A DNA stretch of 64,000 bases from assembly GCA_964016885.1 (NCBI GenBank), contig OZ024741.1, positions 310,496,001-310,560,000 of the forward strand. The letters run 5' to 3'. This DNA comes from Eledone cirrhosa (Eukaryota). Position 1 is the first letter of the stretch; each line of letters opens with the position of its first letter. Below are positions 11,187-25,500 of this stretch, piece by piece. The position numbers and the translations under genes were made by a program. Under the pieces are notes generated by a model. The model worked only from the letters and a program-made list of their open reading frames with translations, ran no database searches and was not told the origin of the DNA.

Positions 11187-13175
11187 ATGGCCAATTCACC
11201 TCTGCACCAAGCAGCTGAAAGCCTTCCTCACAAATTAACACCTCACACCGACACCACCATTGTAAATGTTACTACGTTTGCCAACACGACAAAAAATATA
11301 AGCAGTAGCAATATTTTAAATTTGTCTCAGGCAGACATTCATTTCCCGCCATTACCAATGACTGCAGGTGTTAACGCCTCCACCACCACCACCACCGCGA
11401 CAACCCCCCCCCTCACCACCACCGCGACAACAGAAACAAAAGAAGAAAAAAATAAATTAACTCGTGATGTCGAAATGAAATCAAGCAAAATGGACTCTTC
11501 CCCACCAAAGACGACTGACCTCACCACCACCACAACTGAAACTAAAATTAATATTAACACAAATAACGATAGCAACAACAACAACAATGACATTATAAAA
11601 ACCACCCTCAGTTTCGCCAGAGTAGCAAAACAGTTCGAAGCATTTACGGTAACTCAGGAGGATTTAGAAAATGCCAAACAAATGGTAAAGAATGATGGGT
11701 ACAGGGTCAGCCTCACCCCCACCTAATAAAATGGAGCATCGGCGCCTATGCACCGTGTCGTATCGAACAATAAATGTAAAATCGCGCCGAGTGGAACGGG
11801 CATCCGAGTCCCAAATCCAAAAAGCTTTGAGACATGTGTGGGCAAGAAAAACCCACATCAGACGTGGGAAAAAGTATGGAACCGTGGACGTGTTCTTTGA
11901 AACACCAGAGGAGGCTAGAGAACACTCCATGGCCCCATTAAGAAGTGACGACTTCACACTCGTTCCAAGCTATTGTGGCCAGAGACTCGTAAAGATCAGG
12001 GTGACCCACGTTCCACCGGCCATCGAAATTCCCTGGCTAATAGCGGCCGTCCTCGCCGGCATCGAAGCCAACACAAAAATAATAGCAATAGCAAAAGAAA
12101 AGCAGGAGAACTGGTCCGGATCTGGGATGGAGCTCCTGATCCAAGCGGACCAAAAAAGCATTGAGGAAATCCCAGAGGTAATAGACCTCACTGACGGCAG
12201 CCACCTCACGGTAATTGTCGAGGGCAGAATACCTAGGTGTGTCGTTTGTGGTGAAGGAACCCACCTAAGGGCTTTCTGCCCTCAGGCTAAAAGGTTGAGG
12301 CCACCTCTCCTACCCACCCCAGTGACACAACCATCAACACCACCAGTAGCAGAGATGGCAGCAACAACTGTAGCAGCAACAACAGAAGCAACTATAACAG
12401 CAACAACCCCAGCAACAGTAGCAAAACCAACACCACCACCACCACCACCAGCAAAACCAACACCACCACCACCCAACGCTTCAGAACTAGCACCAGCGCC
12501 TACACCATCCACCACGCCACAACCAAAACTAACGCCTGTGGAGGATTTTCCACTCCCCGGCCTATCACAACTGTAGACAGATTGTGACGACGAGGAGTGG
12601 GAAACGATATCCGGAAAAAAAAAAGAAACCAAAAAAGAAAAAATTCTCTTCCTTCCCCCTCCAAAAACAAAATACAGAGGGAAACAAATAAACTAAGAAA
12701 CAAAAAATTTAGGACAGATATGCCTCCATCCACACCAGCATCACCAACCCCATCAACCCAAACACCAACACCATCACCATCATTAACCCCAACACCACCA
12801 TCACCTACACCACAAAAGTCACCAAAATGCGAAACAGAAACAAACCCACAACAAACGCAAACAAAACAAAACAACCAAAACGATACACACTACACAGCAT
12901 TAAATTTGAACAACAAGCAATTATTAAACTACATCCAACACAACACCAGCATCACAGAAAAAGACTACACAACAACCCCAAAATTCACACCACCTCCACA
13001 TATACAAATCACTCACATCACACAGAAAACGTACATGACACTAAAAAAAAAATTCCCCAAAGACATCGGAGACTTCCGACAAACACTCTCCAGGAGGATT
13101 TATAAGGACATCCTTCCTGAGGAGGCCACAAGCAGTGAAAAGGATGGAAAACCGTCCTTCCCCTACGAGAAGTAA
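11187..13175 (+). pseudogene. T2 ORF1, frameshifted
   Basis: ORFs 11187..11726, 11692..12576, 12597..13175; CVVCGEGTHLRAFC knuckle. Confidence 0.85.
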
Positions 13176-13214
13176 GGTAAGTGGTCTTTCCCATCTTTTC
13201 CACTCCTTTTCAAC

Positions 13215-16200
13215 ATGACCTCACTCAGAATAGGCAGCATAAATGCGCGTGGCTTGGGGTCGTCATGGAAGCAGGGCCACCTGCTCAACGACCTCAGGTC
13301 ACTAAACATAGATGTAGTGGCCATCAGCGAGACCAGAATCTCCGAAGCACAAGCTTTCGCACCGATCTTCGGCGGCTACGATGTGTACGCATCTCCCAGC
13401 CGTCCGGGATCGGGGGGAGGAGTTGCTGTGCTTTTTCGGAGAGGTTTGGATCTTGCCATACGGGCCATCTTCCTAGACCCAGAAGGTAAGTTGGTGGTGC
13501 TGGATGTGAGCAGCGGAGACGGGCAAGCTTTCAGGTTAGTGGCCGTCTATGCCCCGACAGGAGCAGGGCGACCTGATTTCTTCCGGCGTCTGGAGACCTT
13601 TCTTGGAACGTCCCGCTCTTTAGTGTTAGTGGGCGACTGAAACGGGATCTTAGATGCACGCTGGGATTGTGTGGGATTAGTGGATAGGGAAGGAGGGTGC
13701 AAGAGTCTCACCAACCTGCTCAGACGTTTTGAACTATCTGACAGGTACCGAATGGATTTCCCGAATGTACCAATGTGGACTTGGACAAATCGCATAGGGT
13801 CATCCAGATCATATCTAGATAGAGTATTTTGTAGGGAAATACATAGGTCTAGCATAGGCTGTCCACAATTCAAGATAGTCAGCTACACGGACCACAAATT
13901 CGTGATCTGTGTGCTTGACTTAGATAGGATTCATAGACGAGGACCCGGCTACTGGAAGCTAAACGCGTCCTTACCAGCGCGCAAGGCCTACAGAGACCGG
14001 ATTAGCGAACTAGTTAAGCGGGCGTTGACGGGGGCCATCGTCAACAACAAGTGGTGGTTTGCTCTGAAAAGAGCAATTAGAATAGAGTCCATTAGGTTTA
14101 GTAAGACTTTAGCAATAGAGAAAAATAGAGCAGAGCGAGAATTAGTTAGAAAATTAGATGAGGCGCTTAGCAAAGGCATCGCGATCGACGTACTTGCGGC
14201 GAAATTGGCCCTTGACTTATTCTTCAATGCAAAGCACGAAGGCTGCGTTGTCAGAGCTAGGGTGCGTGCTCTCAGACACGAGGGGACGAAAGCCGTTCAA
14301 TGGGCCCGAGTGGCGGAGGCGCGTCGTGGCAACAAAGCCACGATCCGGTCTTTGGTGGACCACGACGGGCGCATGCTACTCGATCCCGGGAAAATGTGTG
14401 AAGCTTTTCAGCGACACTTCGCTCAACTGTTCGGGGGCAGTGGCGGGCCAGATCGAGGGATGGACTTTAGTGTCTACCTCGACGGACTGCCGCGGCTTTC
14501 GGCCACTGAGGCGGAGTGTTGCGAAAAGCCGATAACAACCGCTGAAGTACGGGATGCAATGACTAGTTGCACAAGGGGTAAATCGCCTGGTTTGGATGGT
14601 CTACCCTATGAACTTTACGTACAAATTCCAGACTTGTTCGGAGGCCTCTTGGCGGACGTCTACTGCAACTGGCAACAGAACGGGAGAATTCCCAGCTCTG
14701 TGAGCCGAGGAGCGGTGGCGCTGCTGAGAAAGGATCCGAACAAGGGGGATAACATAGATAATTTTAGGCCCATAACCCTGCTAAACACAGAGTTCAAGAT
14801 TTTGGCCAAGGTGCTAGCAAAGAGGTTGGCGCTTGTCGTTGGTGGTCTGGTGGGAGAGGCACAGACATGCGCCATTCCCGACAGATCCATCCACGACAAC
14901 CTCCACCTCATTCGATAAATCGTAGAGAGGGTAGCTAGGGAATCTGGCACGGGTGGGTCCTTGATCAATTTAGATCAGTCGAAAGCTTTCGATAGGGTCG
15001 ACCATCGTTACCTAGCGGCAGTCTTGAGGGCGGCTGGCTTTGGGCCCGTCTTCAGAGGCTGGATCGCTGCCATGCACAGCGACATCTGGTCTGTAGTGAG
15101 AGTGAACGGTCACCTTTCGGAACCGTTCAACATCATGCGCTCGGTCCGCCAAGGATGTCCCCTCTCGTCCCTATTGTACGTATTGACTCTCGAGCCATTA
15201 CTGCACAAACTGGAGACGTTGAGGGGGGTCCCGCGCGAACTAGGATGCGGAAGATCCGTGTCAGCATATGCGAACGATGTCACCGTAGTGGTGTCGAACG
15301 CCAAACACATCGAGGCGATCGGCACTACACTAAGAGAATACGAAGCGGTGACAGGAGCAATGATCAACCAGGAAAAGTCAGTGGGCCTGCAGCTCGGCAC
15401 CTGGAGAGGCAGGTCCATGCCGTCCAACAGCGTCGTCGGGCGCTGGACGGACGGACCGGTTAAATTGCTAGGGGTCTGGTTCGGTCCAGACCTCCAGACG
15501 GACAAAAACTGGGACGAGGTGACGAGCAGGGTGGCTTGTCTCACTTAGAAATGAGCCGAGAGGAAGCTATCCCTGAAAGGTCGAGCGGAGGTGACGAATT
15601 CGTACATCGCATCAGTCATCTACCTCCGCCTGACCGTCGTACATTCTCCTAAGCCCCGCCTGACTGCGCCGGAGCGTTTGCTCTTTCGCTTCTTGTGGAA
15701 GGGACGCGCTCCGATGGTCAGGCGGTCCATATGCTGTCAACACCCGCTACGTGGAGGGCTGGGCATGCCGTGGCTGATGATGCGCAGACACGCGCTCAGG
15801 CTACGACATCTCCACCTCTTCCTCGACGGTGATCAGGTGTGGTCGCCGTTTGCTAGACACGTTTTTCCCCAGCTCGTCTCCTTGACGGAGCTGCAGTCCT
15901 GGGTCAAGCGAAGACCGAGAGGGAGCGCTTGGAGACTGGAATGTCTTCAGGCGCTCACAGCCCTCGACCAATCGGGCAATGCGATCGGTGGAAACTCTAC
16001 CTTGGCGTTCTATAGGGGATTAGTGGAGGGGAAGAGCGACGACGTACTTGGAGAAACTCTAGGCGTCGACGAAAATCAACTAGCCAATCTCTTCGGAAGG
16101 ACTTTCGGGCCGGGGCCTATGGACAACTTCCAGAAATCCCTGGCCTGGCAGTGCTACCGGGGAGCTTTGCCAGTTCGGGATAAACTCTATAGGCATGTAG

Positions 16201-16634
16201 GTGCCGTCAGCCGGGCATGTCCGAGATGCGCGCAGGGCGACGAAACCGTCCTGCACGCACTCGTCCAGTGTCCGAGCATTGCTGACTTGTGGGTTTATGT
16301 CGAACACCTGCTGTCACGTGTAGGACGGATCCAGCTATCAGTTGAGTCCATCGTGAGGATTGCCCCGCCCCCTTCCTTTAGCCGGGAAGGGCAGGCAGTT
16401 TTTATCTGTCTGGTGGCCATGGCGAAAGAGATAGTATGGTGGACACGTTTGAAAGGGCTGAAGACGAGCACTTACCTCTTCGGTGATGCCCTGATTAACT
16501 TTTTCAAATTTCATTTGAAAAGGAAAATCAGGGTAGAGAGGGAAATGCTCTCTTCCCAGCATTTTGTTGAAAGATGGGCGAGAGAAGCAAGTATGGCCCG
16601 AATGAATGGGCCTTCTCTGAGTATGTGTCTGTAA
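13215..16634 (+). pseudogene. T2 ORF2 APE-RT-CCHC with in-frame stops
   Basis: Single frame broken by stops near 13638, 14916, 15546; catalytic YADD mutated to YAND. Confidence 0.93.
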
Positions 16635-17128
16635 ATTAAGGGTGGGAAACTGGGAGAGGGCACTTGCCCTGGTGGTCAGGGTCACTGTGGTCTTTTAATG
16701 GGCTTTCTCCACAAATGTCCCTCGGAAGTCTCCCCCCTATTGGGGAATTTTTCTTTGTTATTTTATTTCATCCTCTGTTTTTTTACACGCAGAAATGCCC
16801 ATTTGTACCGTCCTGTATTGTCCTGTACTGTCCTTAATGTCTACTTTATGTAAACCCTTGTGGTTAATAAAGAAAACATTACTATTATTATTATTATTAT
16901 TATTATTATCATTGGTTGGTGAAGCCACGCTTCTTATCGCCTCCAGTCTTTTTCAACGTTTTACCTCTTTTTCAACCGTTCTAAACCTTTTATTCAAGTT
17001 TTAAATTTGATAAAAGTTTAGAAGAAGTGACCCTACTAATACAGGGGTTCACTAGTAAATAATACGGCACACCTTTACGGGGTGTCGTATTCGTATTTGT
17101 GTAAAAATATTTTTTGAAAAATTTCAAC

Positions 17129-19145
17129 ATGGATAACACAAAAAAGAGAGAGAGCGATGTCAGACAACACAGAGAGAAGGAGACTTTATCAGCATGTCAA
17201 CAAGACAGCGTTCCAGCGGAGGTAAATATAAACGAAAATATTACAAAGGAAAAAAAGATTGTTACAGATTTAAAATTAACAAATATTTCTAACACAAACA
17301 ACACCAACAATAACACCAACAACATCACCAACAACAACACCAAAAATAACAGCGGTAAAGTCGAGAACGACAATAACAAAAATAACAGCGGTAAGGTCGA
17401 GAACGACAATAACAAAAATAACGGCGGTAAGGTCGAGAACGACAATAACAATGACAATAACAACAGCCACAACAACAATAATAGTAGTAACAGTATCAAC
17501 AAAAACAACAATAATAACAACAGCCATAATAACAGTAACAGCAGCAACAGTATCAACGAAAACAACACCAACAACTGTACCAGCGAAAAGAACAACAATG
17601 ACACCGATACCTGTAATAGCGACCTCAGCACCACCAGTAAGACCAGTAGCGGCAGCAATAGTGGTGCTGCTGAAAAAGGGACCACTTCTTTTGCAGGTGT
17701 CGCCCGAAATATCGAGACAGTGTTAGTCACAGAGGAGGAGATGGCAGTCGCAAGGGCTATGGTGACAAGAAGCGCAAATAGAGTTTCCCTGAAACCTCCA
17801 CCCGATTTTTTCAAGGACCAGCAGCTACGAACGATGACTTACCGCACCGTAAGCAAAATCTCACATCGAATGGAGAGAGCCACGGAGGCTCAAATCCAAA
17901 AGGCCTTGGGGTGCGTCTAGGCACGCAAAACCCACATCACCCTAGGCAGAAAGTACGCCACAGTAGATGTACTTTTCGCCACCCCCAGGAAGCAAAGTCT
18001 CACTCTTTGGATACCCTAAAGAGTGAGGTGTTAGTCTTGGTGCCCTCCTACTGCGGGCAGAAAATTGTGAGGGTCAAAGTGACCCAGGTCCCACCCGACG
18101 TGCCCATACCTTGGCTGGCCGCGTCTGTCCTTGCTGGAATTGAGAACAGGGCGACCATGCTGCAAGTAGAAAAAATAGGGAGAGAGAACAGGTCAGGTAT
18201 AGGCATGCAAATGCTTATACAAACTGACCAGGAATGTATCGAGGCTATCCCAGATATCATAGACTTCGAGGAAGGACTCCAACTCCCTATAAGTGTAGAA
18301 GGAAGATGGCCAAAATGTTATCTCTGTGGGTCGAAAGGTCACCTCAGGGCCTTTTGCTCGCAGAAGACACCGAAGAGGGCCCCTCTCCTTCCAATACCTG
18401 GTCCGTTGCTACCAAGAGCAGGAAAGGCAACAAACGAAGAAGCCCCTTCCACGGTGAGTAGGAGGGTAACGTCCGTAGCACCCGTACCAAGGCCACGGAT
18501 AACTAAAGCAGCATCATCAGTAGCGGCAACACCAATAGCTACATTTGAAATAGCTACACCAGCAACAACATTGCCGAAGAGGGCTCCAATACCACCACCA
18601 ACAGCCGTGGAGCACATACCCCTCCCAGACGCCACAGAATCCGACATGGAGTTTGAGGCGGGAGTGACGTGGCAAACAGTCTGCCACAAAAAAGAAAAAA
18701 GAAAAAAACCTTAGATTCACCCTAAAAAAGCGAAGGCATACAAAGAGGGGTAAATGCAGCAAGGAAACTTGCAGCAACACCACCACAAACACCAACAACG
18801 CAAACGCAACAAGACACACACACCAAACAGCAACAAGAAGAAAACGGCAACAAAATCACCACTCCCCCCAAAAAGTACACACCCATAAACATGGCAAAAA
18901 AAGCAGTACACAGACATCACAGAAAAAAACTACTACACCCCACCAAGAACTCTCCCGACAAACATAAGTACCATCGAAATCTCAATAGAACAGTACAAAC
19001 CTTTAAAACAAAAATTCCCCAACGCAGTTGGAGACTTCACAGGACGGTTACCAAGAGGATATACACTGACATCATCTTGGAAACACCCATGACCAGCGAA
19101 AGGGACGTTTCTACTGTCCCTTCCCCACACGAACAAGGCAAGTGA
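17129..19145 (+). pseudogene. T3 ORF1, disrupted
   Basis: Asn-rich N-terminus with 3x NN(S/G)GKVENDNN repeat; CYLCGSKGHLRAFC knuckle. Confidence 0.85.
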
Positions 19146-19177
19146 CCCTTTCTCATTTGCCCCGTTTCTCATCCAAC

Positions 19178-21709
19178 ATGGCTGTACTCAGAATAGGCAG
19201 TATAAATGCACGTGGCCTGGGGTCATCTAGGAAGCAGGGTCACCTGCTCAATGACCTCAGGTCACTAAACATAGATGTGGTGGCCATCAGTGAAACCAGA
19301 ATCTCCGATTTTCGGCGGCTACGATGTATACGCATCTCCCAGCCGTCCAGGATCGGGGAGAGGGGTTGCCGTCCTTTTTCGGAGAGGCTTGGATCTCGCG
19401 ATACGGGCCATCTTCCTGGACCCAGAAGGTAAGTCGGCGGTGCTGGACGTGACCGGCAGCGAAGGCAATGCTTTCAGGTTAGTAGCCGTCTACGCCCAAC
19501 AGGGGCAGGACGGCCGGATTTCTTCCGGCGTCTAGAGACCTTTCTTGGAACGTCCTGCTCTTTAGTGTTAGTGGGCGACTGGAACGGTATCTTGGATGCA
19601 CGCTGGGATCGTGTGGGCCTAGTGGATAGGGGAGGAGGGTGCAAGAACCTCACCAACCTGCTCAGACGTTTTGAACTGTCTGACAGGTATCGACTGGATC
19701 ACCCGAATGTGCCAATGTGGACATGGACAAACCGCATCGGGTCATCCAGATCGTATCTAGATAAGGTATTCTGCAGGGAACTAGATAAGGCTAGTATAAG
19801 TTGTCCACAATTTAAAATAGTCGACTACACAGACCACAAATTTGTGATCTGTGAGATCGACATAGACAGACTTCATAGATTAGGGCCTGGTTACTGGAAG
19901 CTGAACGCGTTTTCCCCGGCGCGCAAGGCCCACAGAGACCGGATTAGCGTATTAGTTAAGCGGGCGTTGACAGGAGCGGTCGTCAACAACAGGTGGTGGT
20001 TCGCCCTGAAAAGGGAAATTAAAGTAGAGTCGATTAGGTTTAGCAAAGGAGTAGTGATAGAAGAAAATAGAGTAGAGGGAGAGCTAGTCAGAAAGCTAGA
20101 AGAGGCGTTTAGGAGAGGCATCGCAACCGACGTGCTTGCGGCGAGATTGGCACTAGACCAATTCTTCAACGCAAAACACGAAGGCTGCGTTGTCAGAGCT
20201 AGAGCGCGTGCTCTGAAACACGAGGGGACAGAAGCCGTCCAATGGGCCCGAGTGGCAGAGGCGCGACGTGGCAACAAAGCCACAATTCGGTCTTTGTCTG
20301 ACCAAAACGGGTGCGTGATGCTCGAACCCGAGCGGATGTGTGAAGCTTTTCAGCAGCACTTTGCTGAACTATTCGGGAACGGCAGCGGCCCGGATCGGGG
20401 CATGGACTTCAGTGCATACCTCGACGGACTGCCTCGGCTCTCGACGACTGCAGCACAGTGTTGCGAAAAGCCAATAACAGCCGGTGAAATACGGGAAGCG
20501 ATGGCTAACTGCACAAGATGTAAATCGCCAGGTTTAGATGGTCTGCCCTACGAGCTTTATGCATTTATGCCAGACTTGTTCGGTGACCTCTTGGCAGACG
20601 TCTATTGCAACTGGCAGCAAGAACGGGAGCATTCCCAGTTTTGTGAGCCGGGGAGCAGTGGCGCTGCTGATAAAAGACCCGTGGTGGTGTCGAGCACCAG
20701 ACACGTCCAGATGCTCGGCAGCGCTCTCAAGGAATACGAAGCGGTGACAGGAGCAAAGATAAACCAGGGAAAGTCGGTGGGCTTGCAGCTAGGCACCTGG
20801 AGAGGCAAGTCCATGCCGTCCGACAGCGTCATGAGGCGTTGGGCGGACGGACCGGTTAAATTATTCGGGGTCTGGTTCGGACCGGACCTCCAGATGGAGA
20901 AAAACTGGAACGAGGTGACGAGCAGGGTGGCCTCCCTCACCCAGAAATGGGCTGAGAGGAAGCTGTCCCTGAAAGGCCGGGCGGAAGAGGCGAATGCGTA
21001 CATCGCATCCGTCATCTGCTACCGCCTCACCGCCGTCCCTTGCTCCGGCCCAACTCTCACCAAAATGGAGCGCCTGCTCTTCCGCTTTTTGTGGAAGGGA
21101 CGCGCTCCCATGGTCAGACGATCCATCTACTGTCAACACCCGTTGCGTAGAGGCCTGGGCATGCCATGGCTGATGATGCGCAAACATGCGTTGAGGCTGT
21201 GACATCTCTGGTGCTTCCTTGATGGTGAACGGGTGTGGTCGCCGTTCGCCAGGCACATTTTCCCACAGCTCGTCTCCTTGACGGAGCTGAAGTCCTGGGT
21301 CAGAAAAAGACTGAGGGATAGCGCTTGGAAACTGGAATGTCTCCAGGCGCTCACTTCCCTCTCCCAGTTGGGCACCAGTATCGGTGGAACATCCTCCTCG
21401 GCGTTCTATAGAGGACTAGTGGAGGGGAAGAGTGACGACATTCTCGGAGAGATCCTGGGCGTCGAAGAAGATCAGCTGTTTGCTCCCTTCCGGAGAACTT
21501 TCAGCCCGGGGCCTATGGATAACTTCCAAAAATCCCTGGCCTGGCAGTGCTACCGGGGAGCGCTGCCTTTTAACTTTTTCAAGTTTCACTTGAAGAGGAA
21601 AATCAGGGTCGAGAGGCAAGTCCTGCTTTCTAGCAAGTTTGTTGAAAGGTGGGTGAATGTAGCGAGAATGGTCCGAGTGAACGGGACCACTCTGAATATA
21701 CGTCTGTAG
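19178..21709 (+). pseudogene. T3 ORF2 remnant
   Basis: MAVLRIGSINARGL, GDWN, YTDH, KSPGLDGLP present; KAFD/QG/YADD segment absent. Confidence 0.9.
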
Positions 21710-22023
21710 TTTGAGATATGGAAAAATTGAGAGAGGGCGTTTGCCCTGGTAGTCAGGGTGGCCGTTTATTTTGTGTGGTTTTCGCCACGAGTAACCCTCG
21801 GAGGTTTCCCCTCTATTGGGAAAGTTTTCATTGTTTCAATTTTCATTTTATTGTTTATATATATATATATGTTATATGTCTTTTTTTTTCTTTTCTTATA
21901 TAAATAATAAAAATATTTACACGCACAAAACCCACATCGTACCGTCCTGTTCCGTCTGTGAAGTTTTTCTTGATGTCAGCCCTTGTGGCCAATAAAGAAA
22001 TCATTATTATTATTATTATTGTT

Positions 22024-22524
22024 GTTATTCCTTGAATCTCAGTCATTGATGTTAGTTAACCGGAAAGTCCGTTGGAATGAATATCAAGCCACTACCTGCA
22101 GCCTCAGATATTCAGGACGTATCGGAGGGTTCTTGCTGTTCCAAGCAAGCATGCCTTTTTAAGCGTTCCAAAAAGCGTGAAGGGGCCGATTTTCTTTAAC
22201 CATCCCTGGAAACTTTTGGAGATAGTCCCCAGTGCGCCTATGACAATCGGGATCACTTTGACTTCATGGCAGTTCCAAATCCTTTTCACCTCCCACTTTA
22301 GGTCCTGGTATCGGTTAATTTTCTCCCTCTCCTTCTCTTGCACTCTCGTGTCGAACGGGCAGGCCACATCCACAATCAGACACGATCTTTTTTCTTTGTC
22401 CACAACCACCAGGTCAGGTCTATTGTGTTCCAGTTTTTTGTCCGTCTGTATCCTAAAATACCACAGCACCTTCACCTGATTGTTCTCCATCACCGCCTCT
22501 GGCCTATGCTCATACCATTTCTCA
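22024..22524 (-). mobile_element. Family A RLE element, 5'-truncated fragment
   Basis: ORF 22104..22493 (NRPDLVV..IVDVACP RLE motif); TTA on both sides. Confidence 0.92.
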
Positions 22525-22550
22525 TTATTATTATTATTATTATTGTTATT

Positions 22551-25500
22551 GTTATTCCTTGAATCTCAGTCATTGATGTTGGTTAACTGGAAAGTCCGTT
22601 GGATTGAATATCAAGCCACTACCTGCAGCCTCAGATATTCAGGACGTATCGGAGGGTTCTTGCCGTTCCAAGCAAGCATGCCTTTTGAAGCGTTCCAAAA
22701 AGCGTGAAGGGGCCGATTTTCTTTAACCATCCCTGGAAACCTTTGGAGATAGTCCCCAGTGCGCCTATGACAATCGGGATCACTTTGACTTCATGGCAGT
22801 TCCAAATCCTTTTCACCTCCCACTTTAGGTCCTGGTATCGGTTAATTTTCTCCCTCTCCTTCTCTTGCACTCTCGTGTCGAACGGGCAGGCCACATCCAC
22901 AATCAGGCACGATCTTTTTTCTTTGTCCACAACCACCAGGTCAGGTCTATTGTGTTCCAGTTTTTTGTCCGTCTGTATCCTAAAATCCCACAGCACCTTC
23001 ACCTGACTGTACTCCATCACCGCCTCTGGCCTATGCTCATACCATTTCTCAGAATGTGGTAGATTGTTTACTTTGCACAGGTGCCAGTGGATCACCCTGC
23101 CCATCACATCGTGTCTCCAGCCCTTATAGTGGGTCTGGGCTAGGTGTTTACACTCGGACACAATGTGAGCCACAGTCTCCTCTCTCTCTCCACAGATCCT
23201 GCACAGTGGGCTAGCCTCCTCCTTGTAGATATGGTGCTTCAACCACTTCGTTTTGAGGGCCTGCTCCTGCGCAGCCATTAGCATTCCTTCTGTAGCCTTT
23301 TTGAGGTCTCCTCTTCTCAACCAGTTCCATGTCTGTGGATCTCTAAATTCAGTTTTCTCAAAGAAGGTACTATGAAGGGATTTTCCCTTAAGGCTGCTCT
23401 TCCTCCTTGATGTTATTTCCTCCTTGGGTATCCCCTGGCCTACTGTCCCCTCCTTCAGTACAGCTCTGAGCATTGGCTCCTTACTATAGGTCACGTATTT
23501 GTATAGGTTGTTTTTCTCCATCTGAACACAGTCCTCTATGCTGATAAGACCTCTTCCACCCTCAGATCTCCTTAGGTAGAGTCTATCGACATCACTCCTC
23601 TTGTGGAACATGTTGTAGATAGTCAATAGCTTCCTAGTCTTCCTATCCATTTCTTTTTGTTCAGCAACATTCCATCTCAGAATTCCCGCACTGTACCTAA
23701 TAATAGACACAGCTCGGGAATTTACTGCGCTTATGGCATTTCTGCTGTTCAGATGTGACTTCAATACGCTCCTTACTCTCCGAATGTATTCAGTTCTTAA
23801 CAATTCCTTCATTTTTTTGTTCTTTATGCCATCAGCCTCCAGAACGCCCAAATACTTGTATCCTTCCTCAGAGTCAATTTCCTTTATCATCTCACCTGTT
23901 GGTATCTGGATCCCGTTACTTCTGCTCAACCTACCCCTCCTCATCACAATGACTCCACATTTACCAATACCAAACTGCATACATATATCACTGCTGAAAA
24001 TACGGACAGTGTCAACAAGCACATCCAACTCCTTCTCACTTTTCCCGAAGAGCTTAAGATCGTCCATGAAGAGGAGGTGATTGATGGTAAGCTCTCCCCT
24101 TCCCAACTTGTATCCTGCTCTCACTTTTCGCAGCATAATGGTCAAGGGCATCAGGGCAAGGACAAACAACAGAGGCTATCTCCCTGGAAGATACCTCTCT
24201 TGATCTTCACGCTTCCCAAGGATACTCCAGTTGATGTCAACTCTGTCTCCCAGGACCCCATACTCCTGCCCAGCAACTGTCTGATGTTATCTGCCACCCT
24301 GAAGATCTCCAGGCTTTTGGTGATCCAGGAATGAGGCACCATGTCAAATGCCTTTCTGTAGTCTATCCATCCCATGGCAAGATCAGTGTGTCTCCTCCTG
24401 CAATTCCCCATTACCATCTTATCAATAAGCAACTGGTCCTTTGTACCACGTGACTTCTTTCGGCATCCTTTCTGTTCGTCCGGCAACAAGTTGTTTGTGT
24501 GGAGGTGATGGTAGATTTCCTCAGACACAATGCTCGTCAACAGTTTCCACATTACGGGCAGACATGTGATAGGTCTATAGTTGGTAACATCATTACCCTT
24601 GATTCGGTCTTTCATTATCAGAACTGTGGTACCTTTGGCAACCACTCTGGCACCTCACCCGACACCAAGCAGTCATTGAACATGGCCGTCAGCTTCGGGT
24701 GGAGGGATGTTAAATGTTTAATCCAATACCCCTGCACACCATCTGGGCCTGGTGATTTCCAGTTGGTTAGTTTTTTGGCTTGCCCCTTAAGAGTTTCAAC
24801 TGTGATACTCAAATCAGTCTGTTGCTGTGCCTGCTCACCGATCTCCCTCTGTACTGTCTCAATCCACCCTGCCTGGGCATTGTGTCTAACATCCTGCTCC
24901 CATATTCCTCTCCAGAATGTTTTAGCTTGTTCCGCCCCAGGGATCAAGTCGTTGCCTCTTTCTTTCCCCTCAAGCTGTCCAAACAGCATCTTCTGGTTGT
25001 TGTCGAACATGCGGTTCTGTTTATACTGACTGACTCTGTTCTCGTATCGCCTGATTTTGGCACTCTTTGCTACAATGCGTTGCTTCAATTCCTCTATGAT
25101 AATATTTAGCTTTTTACTCCTAGTTTTGTATTTTATTTCCAGTCTATTTTTAGTGCCTATGTTTTTTAGTGTCCCATTCAGTAGTGACTCAAGCTTTCCT
25201 ATGTCATTTCTCATTTCCCCGATTTGCCCACTCATTCGCTTCTTCCACCACGGCTCTGCTCTTTCTTGTCTGTTGTTTCCTCTCGCTTTTATACCAAGTA
25301 GTTTCCTCACCGTATTTGCTGTTGCTTTGAGGATATTGTTGCACTGGTGAAGACTCCTCGCCTCAAGGTATGGGATGACTTTGTTTACCTTAGCTGTTGT
25401 TTCTTTTAACTTTTTCCTGTCTACAAATCTTAGGTTCATAGGTCTCCCACTATCATTGTTCAACTCATCTACCACTAAATTTAGGATGTCAACCGAATCT

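Larger units (their letters stand above)
10978..16877 (+). mobile_element. Tx1-like element T2, full length, inactivated
   Basis: TTA tracts 10947-10977 and 16878-16913; ends CCCTTGTGGTTAATAAAGAAAAC. Confidence 0.93.
16914..22002 (+). mobile_element. Tx1-like element T3, both ends intact, internally deleted
   Basis: TTA on both sides; RT core missing at ~20680 and zinc finger missing at ~21570 relative to T2/T5. Confidence 0.92.

Noticed and set aside
24151-24645. Programmed frameshifting in family A or Tx1 ORFs
   Set aside because: Breaks fall inside conserved motifs or homopolymers, and in Tx1 differ among copies; decay or sequencing error is more likely.
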